Notes: generated by a model not told the origin, from the letters alone. A DNA stretch of 64,000 nt from an uncultured Candidatus Saccharibacteria bacterium (GCA_964519145.1 CAZFHL010000001.1:682-64681); one strand, 5' to 3'. Counted from the stretch's first letter, positions 1 to 9,867 are shown. Program-made: numbers and translations.

Positions 1-2
1 TG

Positions 3-266
3 GAAATATTTTTGAAAATAATAATCAGATATTTGAGATTCATTCTTTTGTTTAGATTTGCTCCTGATATGAAAAAATATGTTGTAGATCAAATAGGGGA
101 GGAAATAGCAAAAAATTTAATGGATATAGTAAAAAATGCTAAAAATATAAATTCAAAAACTTTGTTAAATTTTTTGGAAGCAAGCAACAGGCAGGCCTAT
201 GCTAGTGTGTATTCTTTGCCTATAGAGATAGCTATTATAGAATCTACACAGGCAGAAAAAGAATAA
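3..266 (+). CDS. C-terminal part of a gene running in from the window edge, probably DNA polymerase III gamma/tau
   Basis: Frame open from the window start; ends ...SLPIEIAIIE, resembling the LPLELA motif of DnaX domain III. Confidence 0.4.
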   Translation, partial: EIFLKIIIRYLRFILLFRFAPDMKKYVVDQIGEEIAKNLMDIVKNAKNINSKTLLNFLEASNRQAYASVYSLPIEIAIIESTQAEKE

Positions 267-274
267 TAGTTATA

Positions 275-400
275 TTTCAAAAGTCACCGAGAAACACTTT
301 TTGAGCCGTCTTTCGCAGGCTGACGAGCCGAGAATGAGCAAATTTTCAGCAGAAAATTATGCGACGGCGAAAAAAGAAGTTTTGATGGAGACGTTTGAAA
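275..400 (+). repeat. Dispersed structured repeat, copy E1 (divergent)
   Basis: TTTCAAAAGTC...GACGTTTGAAA outer arms; inner GCAAATTTTC-AGCA-GAAAATTATGC hairpin homologous to copies E2-E7. Confidence 0.7.
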
Positions 401-473
401 GAGATTCAATTTATTGGACTAAATTTAAAAATAAAGGTATAAATAATATGATTATTTATTGATTATAAAATAT

Positions 474-544
474 TGGGAGATCGTCTAACGGTAGGACAGA
501 GGCCTTTGAAGCCTTTAATCTAGGTTCGATTCCTAGTCTCCCAG
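474..544 (+). tRNA. tRNA-Gln (TTG)
   Basis: Acceptor TGGGAGA/TCTCCCA, anticodon arm GAGGC-CTTTGAA-GCCTT, T-loop GGTTCGATTCC; CCA not encoded. Confidence 0.95.
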
Positions 545-629
545 CCGTCATATACTAAGTCAGGTGACTGAGATGCATAGGTAACTATTTCAAAAATGGC
601 ATACCTGGCTAGAGTGCAGTATTCAAGAC

Positions 630-659
630 AAAAAATCACCGATTATTCGGTGATTTTTT
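630..659. terminator. Bidirectional intrinsic terminator
   Basis: AAAAAATCACCGA-TTAT-TCGGTGATTTTTT. Confidence 0.7.
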
Positions 660-680
660 GTTGTACACAAGTGTGACTTG

Positions 681-703
681 ACTATACCCCCTAGGGGTAT
701 AGT
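681..703 (+). promoter_or_regulatory. CsoR operator overlapping the promoter
   Basis: ACTATACCCC-CTA-GGGGTATAGT palindrome with C/G tracts typical of CsoR/RcnR operators, just upstream of csoR and overlapping TTGACT. Confidence 0.8.
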
Positions 704-711
704 ATATAATT

Positions 712-975
712 ATGAATATAAATAAATCTAAAATGTCACGTCGATTAAAAATTATTGAAGGTCAAGTTAGAGGATTGAATGAAATGGTTGATAAGGGTTC
801 GTATTGTATCGATGTTATAACTCAAAGCTCTGCAATAAAACAGGGACTTTCAAATGTTGAGGATATGCTTATGGAACATCACCTCTCTCATTGTGTGGTT
901 AAACAAATAAAAGAAGGAAAACCTGCAAAGGCAGTTGATGAAGTTCTTAAGGTTTACAAACTTAAACGCAAATAA
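712..975 (+). CDS. csoR: CsoR family metal-sensing repressor
   Basis: RRLKIIEGQVRG, YCIDV..Q, HLSHC metal ligands. Confidence 0.9.
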   Translation: MNINKSKMSRRLKIIEGQVRGLNEMVDKGSYCIDVITQSSAIKQGLSNVEDMLMEHHLSHCVVKQIKEGKPAKAVDEVLKVYKLKRK

Positions 976-978
976 TAT

Positions 979-3303
979 ATGAACAATACTAAAACATATA
1001 CAGTAAAAGGAATGCATTGTGCCTCATGTGCCAGTATTATTGAAAAAACGTTTAAAAAGACAGATGGGGTGCACTCAGTAGAAGTAAATTATGGGACAGA
1101 AAAAGCCAAGATTGCTTTTGATGAATCTAAAACAAATCCACATCATCTTTCTAAAAAAATAGAACCTTTGGGCTATTCATTGGTTCTAAATCAAGAATCA
1201 AATCATTCTCAAGGTAGTCAATCTGCTGAAGAAATGGGGATGTCAGCAAGTGAGCACTCAGCTCATTTAGATTTGAACCAGTCCAAAAAAGAGAAACTCA
1301 TTGAGGTTAGAGATATGAGGGTGAAAGTTCTTTCCGCTATTCCCTTAGCAATTTTTGCTGCATTTGTCATGGGTTGGGATATTTTGGCTCAGTATAAATC
1401 TGTGCCTGAAATGAGTTATATGCTAAAAGAATTTTTTCACCATTTACTTCCAATATTCGCCACTTATATCCTATTTGTAGTTGGTAAACCATATTTGCTT
1501 GGTTTTTATAGATTTTTACGCTATGGCAAGGCAAATATGGATACTCTTATAGGTATTGGGACCATTGCCGCTTTTCTATACAGTTTCGCTGTAACCGCTT
1601 TAGAAGATGTCCTCAAGCCTTTTATTAATGTTGAGTATCAATACTACGATGTGACAATTGTAGTCATCACATTTATTGCTCTAGGAAAATACCTTGAGGC
1701 AAGATCAAAAATTAAGACAGGGGATGCTATTGAAAAGCTTTTAAACTTACAAGCAAAAACTGCTTTGGTAATTCGTGATGGAAAAGAAGTGGAAATTGGT
1801 ATTAATGAAGTTAAACATGGAGATTTGATAATAGTAAAACCTGGTACGAAAATTCCAGTTGATGGTGTCATAACTGAAGGTAGTTCTTTCGTTGATGAAT
1901 CTATGGTTACGGGAGAGCCAATGCCTGCACAGAAAAAAATCGGTGATAGTGTTGTTTCGGGAACAATTAATACAACTGGATCATTTATTTTCAAAGCTAC
2001 AAAAGTTGGATCCGAGACACTTCTCGCTCAAATTATAAAAATGGTGGAGGATGCTCAAGGAAGTCGTGCCCCGATTCAAGCTCTTGCAGATAAGATATCG
2101 GCAATTTTTGTTCCTGTCACTCTCATCATTGCCTCTCTTACACTTGGAGCATGGCTCTTAATTGGTACTGGTACGCTTGGATTTCCACAAGCACTTTCAT
2201 ACGGTCTAGTATCGTTTGTTGGAGTTTTGGTTATTGCTTGTCCGTGTGCACTTGGTCTTGCAACGCCTACTGCAATTATTGTCGGAGTTGGTAAGGGTGC
2301 AAAAGAAGGTATCTTAATTAAAGATGCCGCAACGCTTGAAAAGTTACATAAAGTAGATACTGTAATTGTAGATAAAACAGGTACTATAACCATAGGAAAA
2401 CCAACTCTTGTTGATATTGAAAATAAATCTAATCTTAGTAATGAAGAGTTTATTTCAATTATTGGTTCACTTGAGAAAAAATCTGAACATCCTATTGCTC
2501 ATGCGATAGTGAATTATGCACTTGAGAATAAATTACACATTGGAGATGTTTCAAATTTTGAGAGTGTTCAAGGTAAAGGATTAAAAGGATCAATTAAAGG
2601 AGTAGAGTATTTTGTAGGAAATGCAAAATTAGTTAACGATTTAGGGATATCATTTGATATTTCAAAAATTGAGCAATTTACTGCACAAGGAAAAACTCCT
2701 GTCCTTCTTGCGACAAAAGAAAATGTGCTTGGGTTTGTGATGGTGTCTGATGAGATAAAAGCCGAATCAAAACAAGCTGTGGCTGATCTCCATAAGCTTG
2801 GTATCAAAGTTGTAATGCTTACGGGTGATGATGAAAAGGCTGCAAAACATATAGCTTCACTTGTCGGTATTGATGAAGTAATAGCTCATGTATTACCTCA
2901 GGATAAATTAGCAAAAATAAAAGAAATGCAATCACAAGGTCGAGTGGTCGCTATGGCAGGTGACGGTGTAAATGATGCTCCTGCACTTGCTCAGGCAGAT
3001 GTAGGTATTGCTATGGGTACGGGTACCGATGTTGCTATTGAATCAGCTGGGATTACTCTTCTTGGTGGAGATATTTCAAAACTGGTAAAAGCTATTAAGC
3101 TTTCAAAAATAACCATGAGAGGTATTAAACAAAACCTCTTTTGGGCATTTATCTATAATATTATTGGTATTCCACTTGCTGCTGGAATTTTCTATCCAAT
3201 TTTCGGATGGCTCTTAAATCCTGTATTCGCAGGATTCGCTATGGCGATGTCATCAGTATCGGTAGTTTCGAATTCACTTCGTATCAAGGCGAAAAAAATA
3301 TAA
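979..3303 (+). CDS. copA: Cu(I)-translocating P1B-type ATPase
   Basis: GMHCASC HMA domain, [25 protein letters not shown] and MAMSS motifs. Confidence 0.95.
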   Translation: MNNTKTYTVKGMHCASCASIIEKTFKKTDGVHSVEVNYGTEKAKIAFDESKTNPHHLSKKIEPLGYSLVLNQESNHSQGSQSAEEMGMSASEHSAHLDLNQSKKEKLIEVRDMRVKVLSAIPLAIFAAFVMGWDILAQYKSVPEMSYMLKEFFHHLLPIFATYILFVVGKPYLLGFYRFLRYGKANMDTLIGIGTIAAFLYSFAVTALEDVLKPFINVEYQYYDVTIVVITFIALGKYLEARSKIKTGDAIEKLLNLQAKTALVIRDGKEVEIGINEVKHGDLIIVKPGTKIPVDGVITEGSSFVDESMVTGEPMPAQKKIGDSVVSGTINTTGSFIFKATKVGSETLLAQIIKMVEDAQGSRAPIQALADKISAIFVPVTLIIASLTLGAWLLIGTGTLGFPQALSYGLVSFVGVLVIACPCALGLATPTAIIVGVGKGAKEGILIKDAATLEKLHKVDTVIVDKTGTITIGKPTLVDIENKSNLSNEEFISIIGSLEKKSEHPIAHAIVNYALENKLHIGDVSNFESVQGKGLKGSIKGVEYFVGNAKLVNDLGISFDISKIEQFTAQGKTPVLLATKENVLGFVMVSDEIKAESKQAVADLHKLGIKVVMLTGDDEKAAKHIASLVGIDEVIAHVLPQDKLAKIKEMQSQGRVVAMAGDGVNDAPALAQADVGIAMGTGTDVAIESAGITLLGGDISKLVKAIKLSKITMRGIKQNLFWAFIYNIIGIPLAAGIFYPIFGWLLNPVFAGFAMAMSSVSVVSNSLRIKAKKI

Positions 3304-3306
3304 ATT

Positions 3307-4320
3307 ATGAATACAAAGACTTACACATTTTATATTTCTGGCACACACTGCCCTTCGTGTAAAATCTTCGTCGAAGATACTTTAAACGAACAGATTGGTA
3401 TCAGTAATACTAATGTTAACTTGAAAAACGAAACTGTGTTGATTGAAACCACTTTAGATGAAAGTCAGCACAAACTAGCTGAAATCCTAAGTGAAAAAAT
3501 AAAACACAATGGTTACTTAATTTCTGTTGAAAAGAAAGTTAAGGAAAAAAAGGACAATGGAGTTATTTGGCAGGCATTGCCGATTGGTCTTGCATTTATT
3601 GCTTTGTTTTTTATCGTACAGAAGTCAGGAATACTAAACTTTGGGCTTGGAGGAACAATAACACCAGTGACCAGCTTTATTATTGGTCTTGTGGCGTCAG
3701 TATCGAGTTGTCTTGCAGTTGTTGGAGGACTTGTTCTTTCTCTTTCTGCAACAGTGTCTCAGGACAAAATAAGTGATACCAAACCCATGATGCTCTTTCA
3801 TGGTGGAAGACTAATTAGCTTTGCTGTACTCGGAGGTGTTCTTGGTGCAATTGGTAGTGTAATTGGTATAAGTTTTACAGTTACTGCAATACTTGGAATT
3901 GTTGCATCTATTGTAATGATAATGCTTGGGCTTAATCTAGTAGGAGTGTTTGAGAAAAATATAATTGCACTACCATCGGGAGTATTTAGTTTCTTCCGTA
4001 AAGTAGAGCACAAGACGATAGCACCATTTCTAGTTGGTGTTAGCACATTTTTCCTACCCTGTGGATTTACTCAGGCTATGCAGGTCGCAGCACTTTCAAG
4101 TGATTCGTTTGTCTCAGGAATTTTAATTATGGGAGCGTTTGCTCTTGGAACACTACCAATACTTGCATTGTTGTCATTTGGCTCAGCGTCATTTTCACAA
4201 TCAAAACATGCCCCACTTTTCTTCAAATCAGCGGGTGTTCTAGTAATTGGTCTTGGATCTTTCGCATTTCTCGCAGGGCTTGCCGGACTGGGTATTATTA
4301 ATCCTTTATTTAACATATAA
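3307..4320 (+). CDS. HMA domain + DsbD_2/TauE-like membrane protein
   Basis: GTHCPSC N-terminus; SSCLAVVGG, GRLISF, FFLPCGFTQ, FALGT transmembrane motifs. Confidence 0.8.
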   Translation: MNTKTYTFYISGTHCPSCKIFVEDTLNEQIGISNTNVNLKNETVLIETTLDESQHKLAEILSEKIKHNGYLISVEKKVKEKKDNGVIWQALPIGLAFIALFFIVQKSGILNFGLGGTITPVTSFIIGLVASVSSCLAVVGGLVLSLSATVSQDKISDTKPMMLFHGGRLISFAVLGGVLGAIGSVIGISFTVTAILGIVASIVMIMLGLNLVGVFEKNIIALPSGVFSFFRKVEHKTIAPFLVGVSTFFLPCGFTQAMQVAALSSDSFVSGILIMGAFALGTLPILALLSFGSASFSQSKHAPLFFKSAGVLVIGLGSFAFLAGLAGLGIINPLFNI

Positions 4321-4338
4321 TCTTATTAGTTAATTACT

Positions 4339-4740
4339 ATGCAAAAAAACACAATCATATCCATTATCATTAGTCTTGCTCTCATCGTAGGAACGATTTA
4401 TTTTATTTCTGATAGACCTTCTTCAACAGGTATAAACGAAGTTGCACAGTCGCAGAATGTTGAAATTAAAGACGGTGTACAGTACGTGACCATTACTGCA
4501 AAGGGTGGCTATTTTCCGCGTGTTACGAAAATCAAAGGTGGATTACCTACCAAACTAGTTGTGAAGACAGATGGCACATATGATTGCTCAGCATCACTTG
4601 TGGTTCGTCCTGTTGGATTTCAAAAGATGTTACAACCAACAGGTGAAGAAATAATTGACTTGGGTATTCCAAAATCTGGTGAGAAAGTACAAGGAGTGTG
4701 TGGAATGGGAATGTATAACTTCCAAATAAAAGTCAGTTAA
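4339..4740 (+). CDS. Cupredoxin-domain protein
   Basis: N-terminal TM helix; GYFP...YDC...CGMGMY C-terminus. Confidence 0.75.
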   Translation: MQKNTIISIIISLALIVGTIYFISDRPSSTGINEVAQSQNVEIKDGVQYVTITAKGGYFPRVTKIKGGLPTKLVVKTDGTYDCSASLVVRPVGFQKMLQPTGEEIIDLGIPKSGEKVQGVCGMGMYNFQIKVS

Positions 4741-4973
4741 TTATTCAAGAAGACCTTTTTATTTTTTAGATATAACTTGCTTTGCAGACATCCCAGTAGT
4801 TCTCGTTTTTCAATCAATGTACCTTCCCTGAGGAGATACTTCGTATAATTTCTGACATTTATATCTTCTGAGGATTTTTCTTTTTTGTGTCCCAAGACAC
4901 CGGTCCTGAATTTATTAAATCTAGTGATCTCATCTTCGATTCTTGCTCTTATCCCTATTTCATCAATATCCAC
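4737..4973 (-). pseudogene. C-terminal remnant of a site-specific (serine) recombinase-like gene
   Basis: INVRNYTKYLLREGTLIEKRELLGCLQSKL recalled as the C-terminus of CPR resolvase/recombinase proteins; no catalytic domain, truncated at a palindrome. Confidence 0.5.
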
Positions 4974-4998
4974 TGGTAATGTGTGTACACATTACCAG
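4973..4998. repeat. Perfect 12-bp-arm palindrome at the truncation point
   Basis: CTGGTAATGTGT-GT-ACACATTACCAG. Confidence 0.85.
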
Positions 4999-5157
4999 AA
5001 GAACTTGACATAAATTTATTTAAATGTATTATCTTGTATAGAATTCAGCTATAGGAATAGGAGAAATTAAAAATGAATATTCGACCTTGATGTTGATAGT
5101 TGTTCAATTAAAGGATGCCAAGATTCAAAAATTTGGGGCCTAATCAAAGAAAATAAA

Positions 5158-5418
5158 TTGTTCAGGTTAACCTTTTCTAAATCGGTTGCCGAGCATACAA
5201 ATAAGATTTCTGGCAATAAATGCATATTACAGAGATTTAGGATCTATAAAGGAAGAGAGCTATCCAAAGAAGATGAAAGCAAATCTGGACTTTATGGTAT
5301 CCTTAGTCGAAAAAATCAAAAGATGCTTCGAATTTCATTAGATAGAGAAACAGCACTCCTTCTTTGTGATTTTAATTCACGCTATTTGCAAGAAATATAT
5401 TTGACTACTTGTAAGTAG
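5158..5418 (+). CDS. Hypothetical protein, probably frameshifted from the ATG at 5073
   Basis: GGAG + ATG at 5073 hits TGA after 5 codons; the +1 frame is open from 5077 to 5418. Confidence 0.4.
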   Translation: MFRLTFSKSVAEHTNKISGNKCILQRFRIYKGRELSKEDESKSGLYGILSRKNQKMLRISLDRETALLLCDFNSRYLQEIYLTTCK

Positions 5419-5426
5419 CAAAATGT

Positions 5427-5497
5427 TCCCCTGCTATGGTTTACGCTGAGGCTTAAGGAACTGAAGCGTGAGGGTTCGACTCCCTTCAGGGGAACCA
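5427..5497 (+). pseudogene. Degenerate tRNA-like element (Leu-TAA-like)
   Basis: Acceptor TCCCCTG/CAGGGGA + A + CCA, intact T-arm GAGGG-TTCGACT-CCCTT; D and anticodon arms do not pair canonically. Confidence 0.55.
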
Positions 5498-5634
5498 CCC
5501 TTGTCAAAAGGCTGGATTAATTCCAGCCTTTTTTGTTATTTAAATTATGGTTTAAATTTAGCTTGAGTTTTTTATTTAAGATTTAATTTTTTAATTTTAA
5601 ATACAAATAAGTATTAGATAAATTGTGTGAGTAT

Positions 5635-5681
5635 TCGTTTTGCTCTTTTGAGCTCATCAGTATAGATACATCTATATACGA
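5635..5681 (-). ncRNA. Hammerhead ribozyme type III, variant copy (GAAA to AAAA, GUA triplet)
   Basis: Minus strand TCGTA-TATAGA-TGTA-TCTATA-CTGATGA-GCTC-AAAA-GAGC-AAAA-CGA. Confidence 0.75.
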
Positions 5682-5714
5682 GAGGGGTTTCTGGGTATCC
5701 CTCAAACCCTCTTT

Positions 5715-5969
5715 TTAGCTGATCATGAAAGGTCCTTCTATACCGGCAATTTCTGCCGCTTTGGCCATCACTGAAGTGACGTCAGGAGGGTTCCTTTGGA
5801 ACCTCTCCTCCATTTTAAGGGAGGTCAAAGCCCGGTTGAAAAGTAGTTGAGTTGCTCTGATCTCCTCGGACGCTCTCCTCGGAGTCACTCCAAGAGAGAT
5901 TAGTTTCTCCTCTGAGGTATATTTGTAATCAATTAGGAGAAAAGTCTCAAATGTGGTGGACGGATGCAA
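5715..5969 (-). pseudogene. 5'-truncated gene remnant ending KAAEIAGIEGPFMIS
   Basis: Paralogous to the remnant at 7568-7670; no convincing start or RBS. Confidence 0.55.
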
Positions 5970-6021
5970 GTAATAGACAAATAATATAAACTTTTGTATA
6001 ATAATTTACGGAAGGAGTAAT

Positions 6022-6210
6022 ATGAAAAAAGCTCTAATTTTGATTACTGTACTTATGGCAGGACTTTTAGGTTGTGGATACGCGGATCGCAAGGTCGCTG
6101 CTTTAACTGGATACACCAGGCACTGTATCGATGGTGTATCATATTTACAATTTCCTTCTGGAGCAACTGTCGAATATACTCCGGAAGGCAAAATCAAGAC
6201 TTGCAAGTGA
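6022..6210 (+). CDS. Small predicted lipoprotein
   Basis: GAAGGAG RBS, signal peptide MKKALILITVLMAGLLGC with lipobox. Confidence 0.75.
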   Translation: MKKALILITVLMAGLLGCGYADRKVAALTGYTRHCIDGVSYLQFPSGATVEYTPEGKIKTCK

Positions 6211-6473
6211 GTTTATCAAAGGGTTGGTAGTTTGACCAACCCTTCCATCAAAGTTTTTTATAAATATTTATGTAGATTGGAGTATAGAAATTTTTGATGG
6301 GAGTAAAATTTGTTCTCTGAATCCAATAGTTTTCTAAGTAATGAAAGGCAACATTTTTTAATGAACGTTGTCTTTTTTGTTTTTAAATTTATTCTAAAAT
6401 ATTTTTATATTCATATTTTATATATAATTTACATATAATAGAGTATTTCAAATAAAGATGCTAAAATAAAAAT

Positions 6474-6878
6474 ATGGACACATATACCTGGTATTCACAA
6501 CTTATAAAACCAATGTGGGCACCACCAAGTTGGCTTTTTGGGCCAGTATGGACTGTGCTTTATATTATTATTACTATTTCCTTCGGTACAGTTTTTTATA
6601 AAGTATTTACTAAAAAAATTCCTTGGACATTTGCATTATTGTTTGCATTGAATTTAGTTTTTAACTTTGCTTTTAGTCCATTGCAGTTTGGCTTAAAAAA
6701 TAATATCCTTGCATCTATTGATATTCTTTTAATTCTAGCCACACTTATCTGGGCCCTCTATTATTTATGGCATTCTTTTCCTCGTTTTCGTTGGATTGTT
6801 TATGTAAATATTCCATATTTTCTATGGGTAACTTTTGCTACAATCCTACAATTAACTATAACTTATTTAAATAGATAA
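6474..6878 (+). CDS. tspO: TspO/MBR family tryptophan-rich sensory protein
   Basis: WYSQLIKPMWAPPSWLFGPVWTVLY, PYFLWVTFA. Confidence 0.9.
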   Translation: MDTYTWYSQLIKPMWAPPSWLFGPVWTVLYIIITISFGTVFYKVFTKKIPWTFALLFALNLVFNFAFSPLQFGLKNNILASIDILLILATLIWALYYLWHSFPRFRWIVYVNIPYFLWVTFATILQLTITYLNR

Positions 6879-7327
6879 TGATCAATTTAGATTTTATTGG
6901 ATTATTTATATTTATCGCTGGGTTTATTATCGGACTTGGGGCTGTAACAGTTATTGATATTCATGGATTTTTAGGCAAAAAATCAAAATATTGGACTGAA
7001 GCTACAATTCGGACACATAAAATTACAAAACCACTAATATGGGTAGGTATTTGTTTCGCTATTATAGGTGGAATTATTTTATATCGAAATGATCAATTTA
7101 TGGGTATACCTTTTTATCATTTAATTATTGGAAGTGTTTTAATTTTGAATGGACTATTTTTGTCTTTTTATGTAAGTCCTTTTTTATTGGCACAAGAAAG
7201 TGATGGTCGACAGTCAGAACTTTTACCGGTATCTTTACAAAATAAAATCACTATAAGTTTAGTGGTTTCTGGTTTAGGATGGTGGGGAGGATTATTTTTA
7301 TTAGTTTTTTATATTACAAAATTATAA
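6878..7327 (+). CDS. Hypothetical 4-TM membrane protein
   Basis: TAATG stop/start overlap with tspO; hydrophobic segments. Confidence 0.75.
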   Translation: MINLDFIGLFIFIAGFIIGLGAVTVIDIHGFLGKKSKYWTEATIRTHKITKPLIWVGICFAIIGGIILYRNDQFMGIPFYHLIIGSVLILNGLFLSFYVSPFLLAQESDGRQSELLPVSLQNKITISLVVSGLGWWGGLFLLVFYITKL

Positions 7328-7488
7328 TCTTTATATTGAAAAGTAAATTTTAAAAATAGAAAAATATGGATAATTTATTTATCAATATAAAATCTTTGAT
7401 TTGTTAATATTATTAAACTTAATATATCTTAAAAATTTATTTAAAATTTTAAATATAAATGAGTATTGGTAAGTTTGTATAAAAAAGT

Positions 7489-7535
7489 TCGTTTCGCTCT
7501 CTTGAGCTCATCAGTATAGATACATCTATAGACGA
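7489..7535 (-). ncRNA. Hammerhead ribozyme type III with canonical core
   Basis: Minus strand TCGTC-TATAGA-TGTA-TCTATA-CTGATGA-GCTC-AAGA-GAGC-GAAA-CGA; GUC cleavage predicted between 7531 and 7530. Confidence 0.9.
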
Positions 7536-7567
7536 GAGGAGTTTATAGGTACTCCTCAAACCTCCTT

Positions 7568-7670
7568 TTAGCTGATTATGAAAGGTCCTTCCCAGCCAAT
7601 CAATTCAGCGGCTTTAACCATCAATGATGTTGTATCAGGAAAATCTTCCCTGTACTTTTCCTCTTCCTTG
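7568..7670 (-). pseudogene. 5'-truncated gene remnant KEEEKYREDFPDTTSLMVKAAELIGWEGPFIIS*
   Basis: Manual translation; homologous to the C-terminus of ORF 5715-5969. Confidence 0.65.
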
Positions 7671-7710
7671 GTTGACTTTTTGTATATTTTATAAATAATA
7701 AATAAAAGAG

Positions 7711-8574
7711 GTGTATATGGAAGGCGTTCAATTTATCCCAGATTCTTTTAGTTTAAATATGGGCGATGCTTTGATAGAAGCTATGAGAAAAGTTATTTCA
7801 ATGACAAATAAAAATAGATCAAGTATTGTTGTTGAGTCAAAGATTGGACATTCAGGCAAGATGGATGATTTTGTCACAAATTTAGATAGAGAGGCTCAAG
7901 CTATTTATATAGAAATGTTTGAAAGATATTTTCCTGATATTGGTATAATCGCAGAGGAAGACGGTTTTTTAAAGGTACCAAGACAAAAAGATTGTTACGC
8001 AACAATTGATGGATTAGATGGTACAAAAGCAATGATAAACGGGCAATCTTATGGTATAGGCACAATGATAAGTATTGTCTCAAATGGTGAAATAATATCT
8101 GCTTTTGTGGGAGATATAAATACAGGTAAAATTTATGGCTTTAGGTCATATGATAGAGTTTTTTCTATATCTAATTATGGGAATTCTCATTTAATGTCTT
8201 TAAATACACATAAATCTTTCAAAGAAGGTTCATTACTCTGTAGACGTCAGCTCCATAGATATTTTAATATAAGTAAATTGCCTAAATTTAATACTCATCA
8301 AATAATCGGAGATAGTATTGGTTTGTGGTTTGCAAATTTATGGGAAGGTGGGTTTGTTGCAGGTATTTTGCCACCTTCTTTTGAAACTCCTTGGGATGCT
8401 ACACCGGTTTTTGGTATTTCAAAAAAAATGGGTTTTATTTTTATGAAGATAGATTCAAATACTGGTGAATGGAAGGTGTATGAACCTGAATTATCTACAA
8501 GTACATATTATAGAAACTATGATGTTTTGGTAATTCATAAAAATCATCTAGAAGAGTTTTATAATCTTCTTTGA
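7711..8574 (+). CDS. Inositol monophosphatase family protein
   Basis: DFVTNLD, IAEED, IDGLDGT, PWD motifs. Confidence 0.8.
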   Translation: MYMEGVQFIPDSFSLNMGDALIEAMRKVISMTNKNRSSIVVESKIGHSGKMDDFVTNLDREAQAIYIEMFERYFPDIGIIAEEDGFLKVPRQKDCYATIDGLDGTKAMINGQSYGIGTMISIVSNGEIISAFVGDINTGKIYGFRSYDRVFSISNYGNSHLMSLNTHKSFKEGSLLCRRQLHRYFNISKLPKFNTHQIIGDSIGLWFANLWEGGFVAGILPPSFETPWDATPVFGISKKMGFIFMKIDSNTGEWKVYEPELSTSTYYRNYDVLVIHKNHLEEFYNLL

Positions 8575-8619
8575 TTTATATATTTTTTTAAGTTATTCTT
8601 AAAAAAGAAAGGATGTCGT

Positions 8620-8826
8620 ATGCCTCTAGAATCCGTGTCTCATTCTGATTTTAGATGTGAATATCTTGAGATAGATAATATACCTGTCTTGCCTTTAAGG
8701 TGTGAAGTTTGTAAAAAAGAGTGGATGCCAGATACTTCAGATCGCAAATTTTCTTCTGTTTGTGATGAATGTTTATGGAATTATATTATGCTCGGCAGTA
8801 TCCAAGAGCGCCTATTTCCTATTTGA
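8620..8826 (+). CDS. Small Cys-rich hypothetical protein
   Basis: AAAGGA RBS; CEVC...CDEC. Confidence 0.55.
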   Translation: MPLESVSHSDFRCEYLEIDNIPVLPLRCEVCKKEWMPDTSDRKFSSVCDECLWNYIMLGSIQERLFPI

Positions 8827-8895
8827 TTTTCATGTAATAAGTTTTATTTAACAGACTGAGTTTACACAATCAGTCTGTTTTTATATAATAAAAAT

Positions 8896-9867
8896 ATGAA
8901 TAAAAAAATATTTATAACTAGACAGATACCAATCATTTGTAAACAAAATTTAGAAAAAGAAGGTTTTGTTGTTGATGTCTATGAAAAAGATGAACAAATA
9001 CAAAAGGACTATCTGGTTGAAGTATTACAAAAGAATCAATATGATGGTTTGATAAGTCTTTTAACTGACGATATAGACTCAGGTGTTTTGTCTGCTTCAG
9101 ATGACTTAAAAATAGTATCAAATTATGCTACAGGTTTTAATAATATAGATCTGAGTTTTGCTAAAGAAAAAAATATTTGTATAACAAATGCTCCTGCTCC
9201 TCTTACAGAAGAAGCTGTGGCTGAATATACCATTACGGCCATTTTAACTTTCTCAAGAAGGTTTTTTGAAGCTGATAAATATATAAGAGAATTAAAATAT
9301 AAAGGATGGTCTCCAAACAATTTTGTCGGTAGATCACTCAAAGGTCAAATAATTGGACTTGTTGGTACAGGAAAAATAGGTAGTATGACCGCTAAGTATG
9401 CACATTTTTTTGGCATGAAAATATATTATTATGATTTAGTTAGAAATTTAGATATTGAAAATAAATTTGAAGCAAAATATTTTGATAATTTACAAGAAAT
9501 GCTAAAAGAGGTCGATGTTGTTAGTTTACATTTACCTTTAAATTCAAAAACACACCATTTAATAAGTAGCGATACTTTTAACCTGATGAAGAAAGATGCG
9601 TTTATAATAAATACAGCTAGAGGCGCTATCATAAACGAAAAAGATTTGGTAAATGCCTTAAAAGAAGAAAAAATAAAAGGAGCAGTGTTAGATGTTTTTG
9701 AATTCGAACCAAATTTTTCTGAGGAATTATTAAAAATGCCAAATGTTATACTTACTCCTCATATAGCTTCTGCAAATGCAGAAACAAGAAATCAAATGGC
9801 TGAGATTGCTTCTAAAAATATAATAGATTTTTTTAGAGGAAATCAGGTTAATAATCTTGCTATATAA
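8896..9867 (+). CDS. D-isomer specific 2-hydroxyacid dehydrogenase (glyoxylate reductase-like)
   Basis: GTGKIG, INTARG, LDVFEFEP, TPHIAS. Confidence 0.93.
   Translation: MNKKIFITRQIPIICKQNLEKEGFVVDVYEKDEQIQKDYLVEVLQKNQYDGLISLLTDDIDSGVLSASDDLKIVSNYATGFNNIDLSFAKEKNICITNAPAPLTEEAVAEYTITAILTFSRRFFEADKYIRELKYKGWSPNNFVGRSLKGQIIGLVGTGKIGSMTAKYAHFFGMKIYYYDLVRNLDIENKFEAKYFDNLQEMLKEVDVVSLHLPLNSKTHHLISSDTFNLMKKDAFIINTARGAIINEKDLVNALKEEKIKGAVLDVFEFEPNFSEELLKMPNVILTPHIASANAETRNQMAEIASKNIIDFFRGNQVNNLAI

Noticed and set aside
319-372. CTGACGA-GCCG...CGGC-GAAA looks like a hammerhead core
   Set aside because: No stem III partner for the GTC triplet and no credible stem I; the sequence is better explained as repeat copy E1, and the other copies lack the motif.
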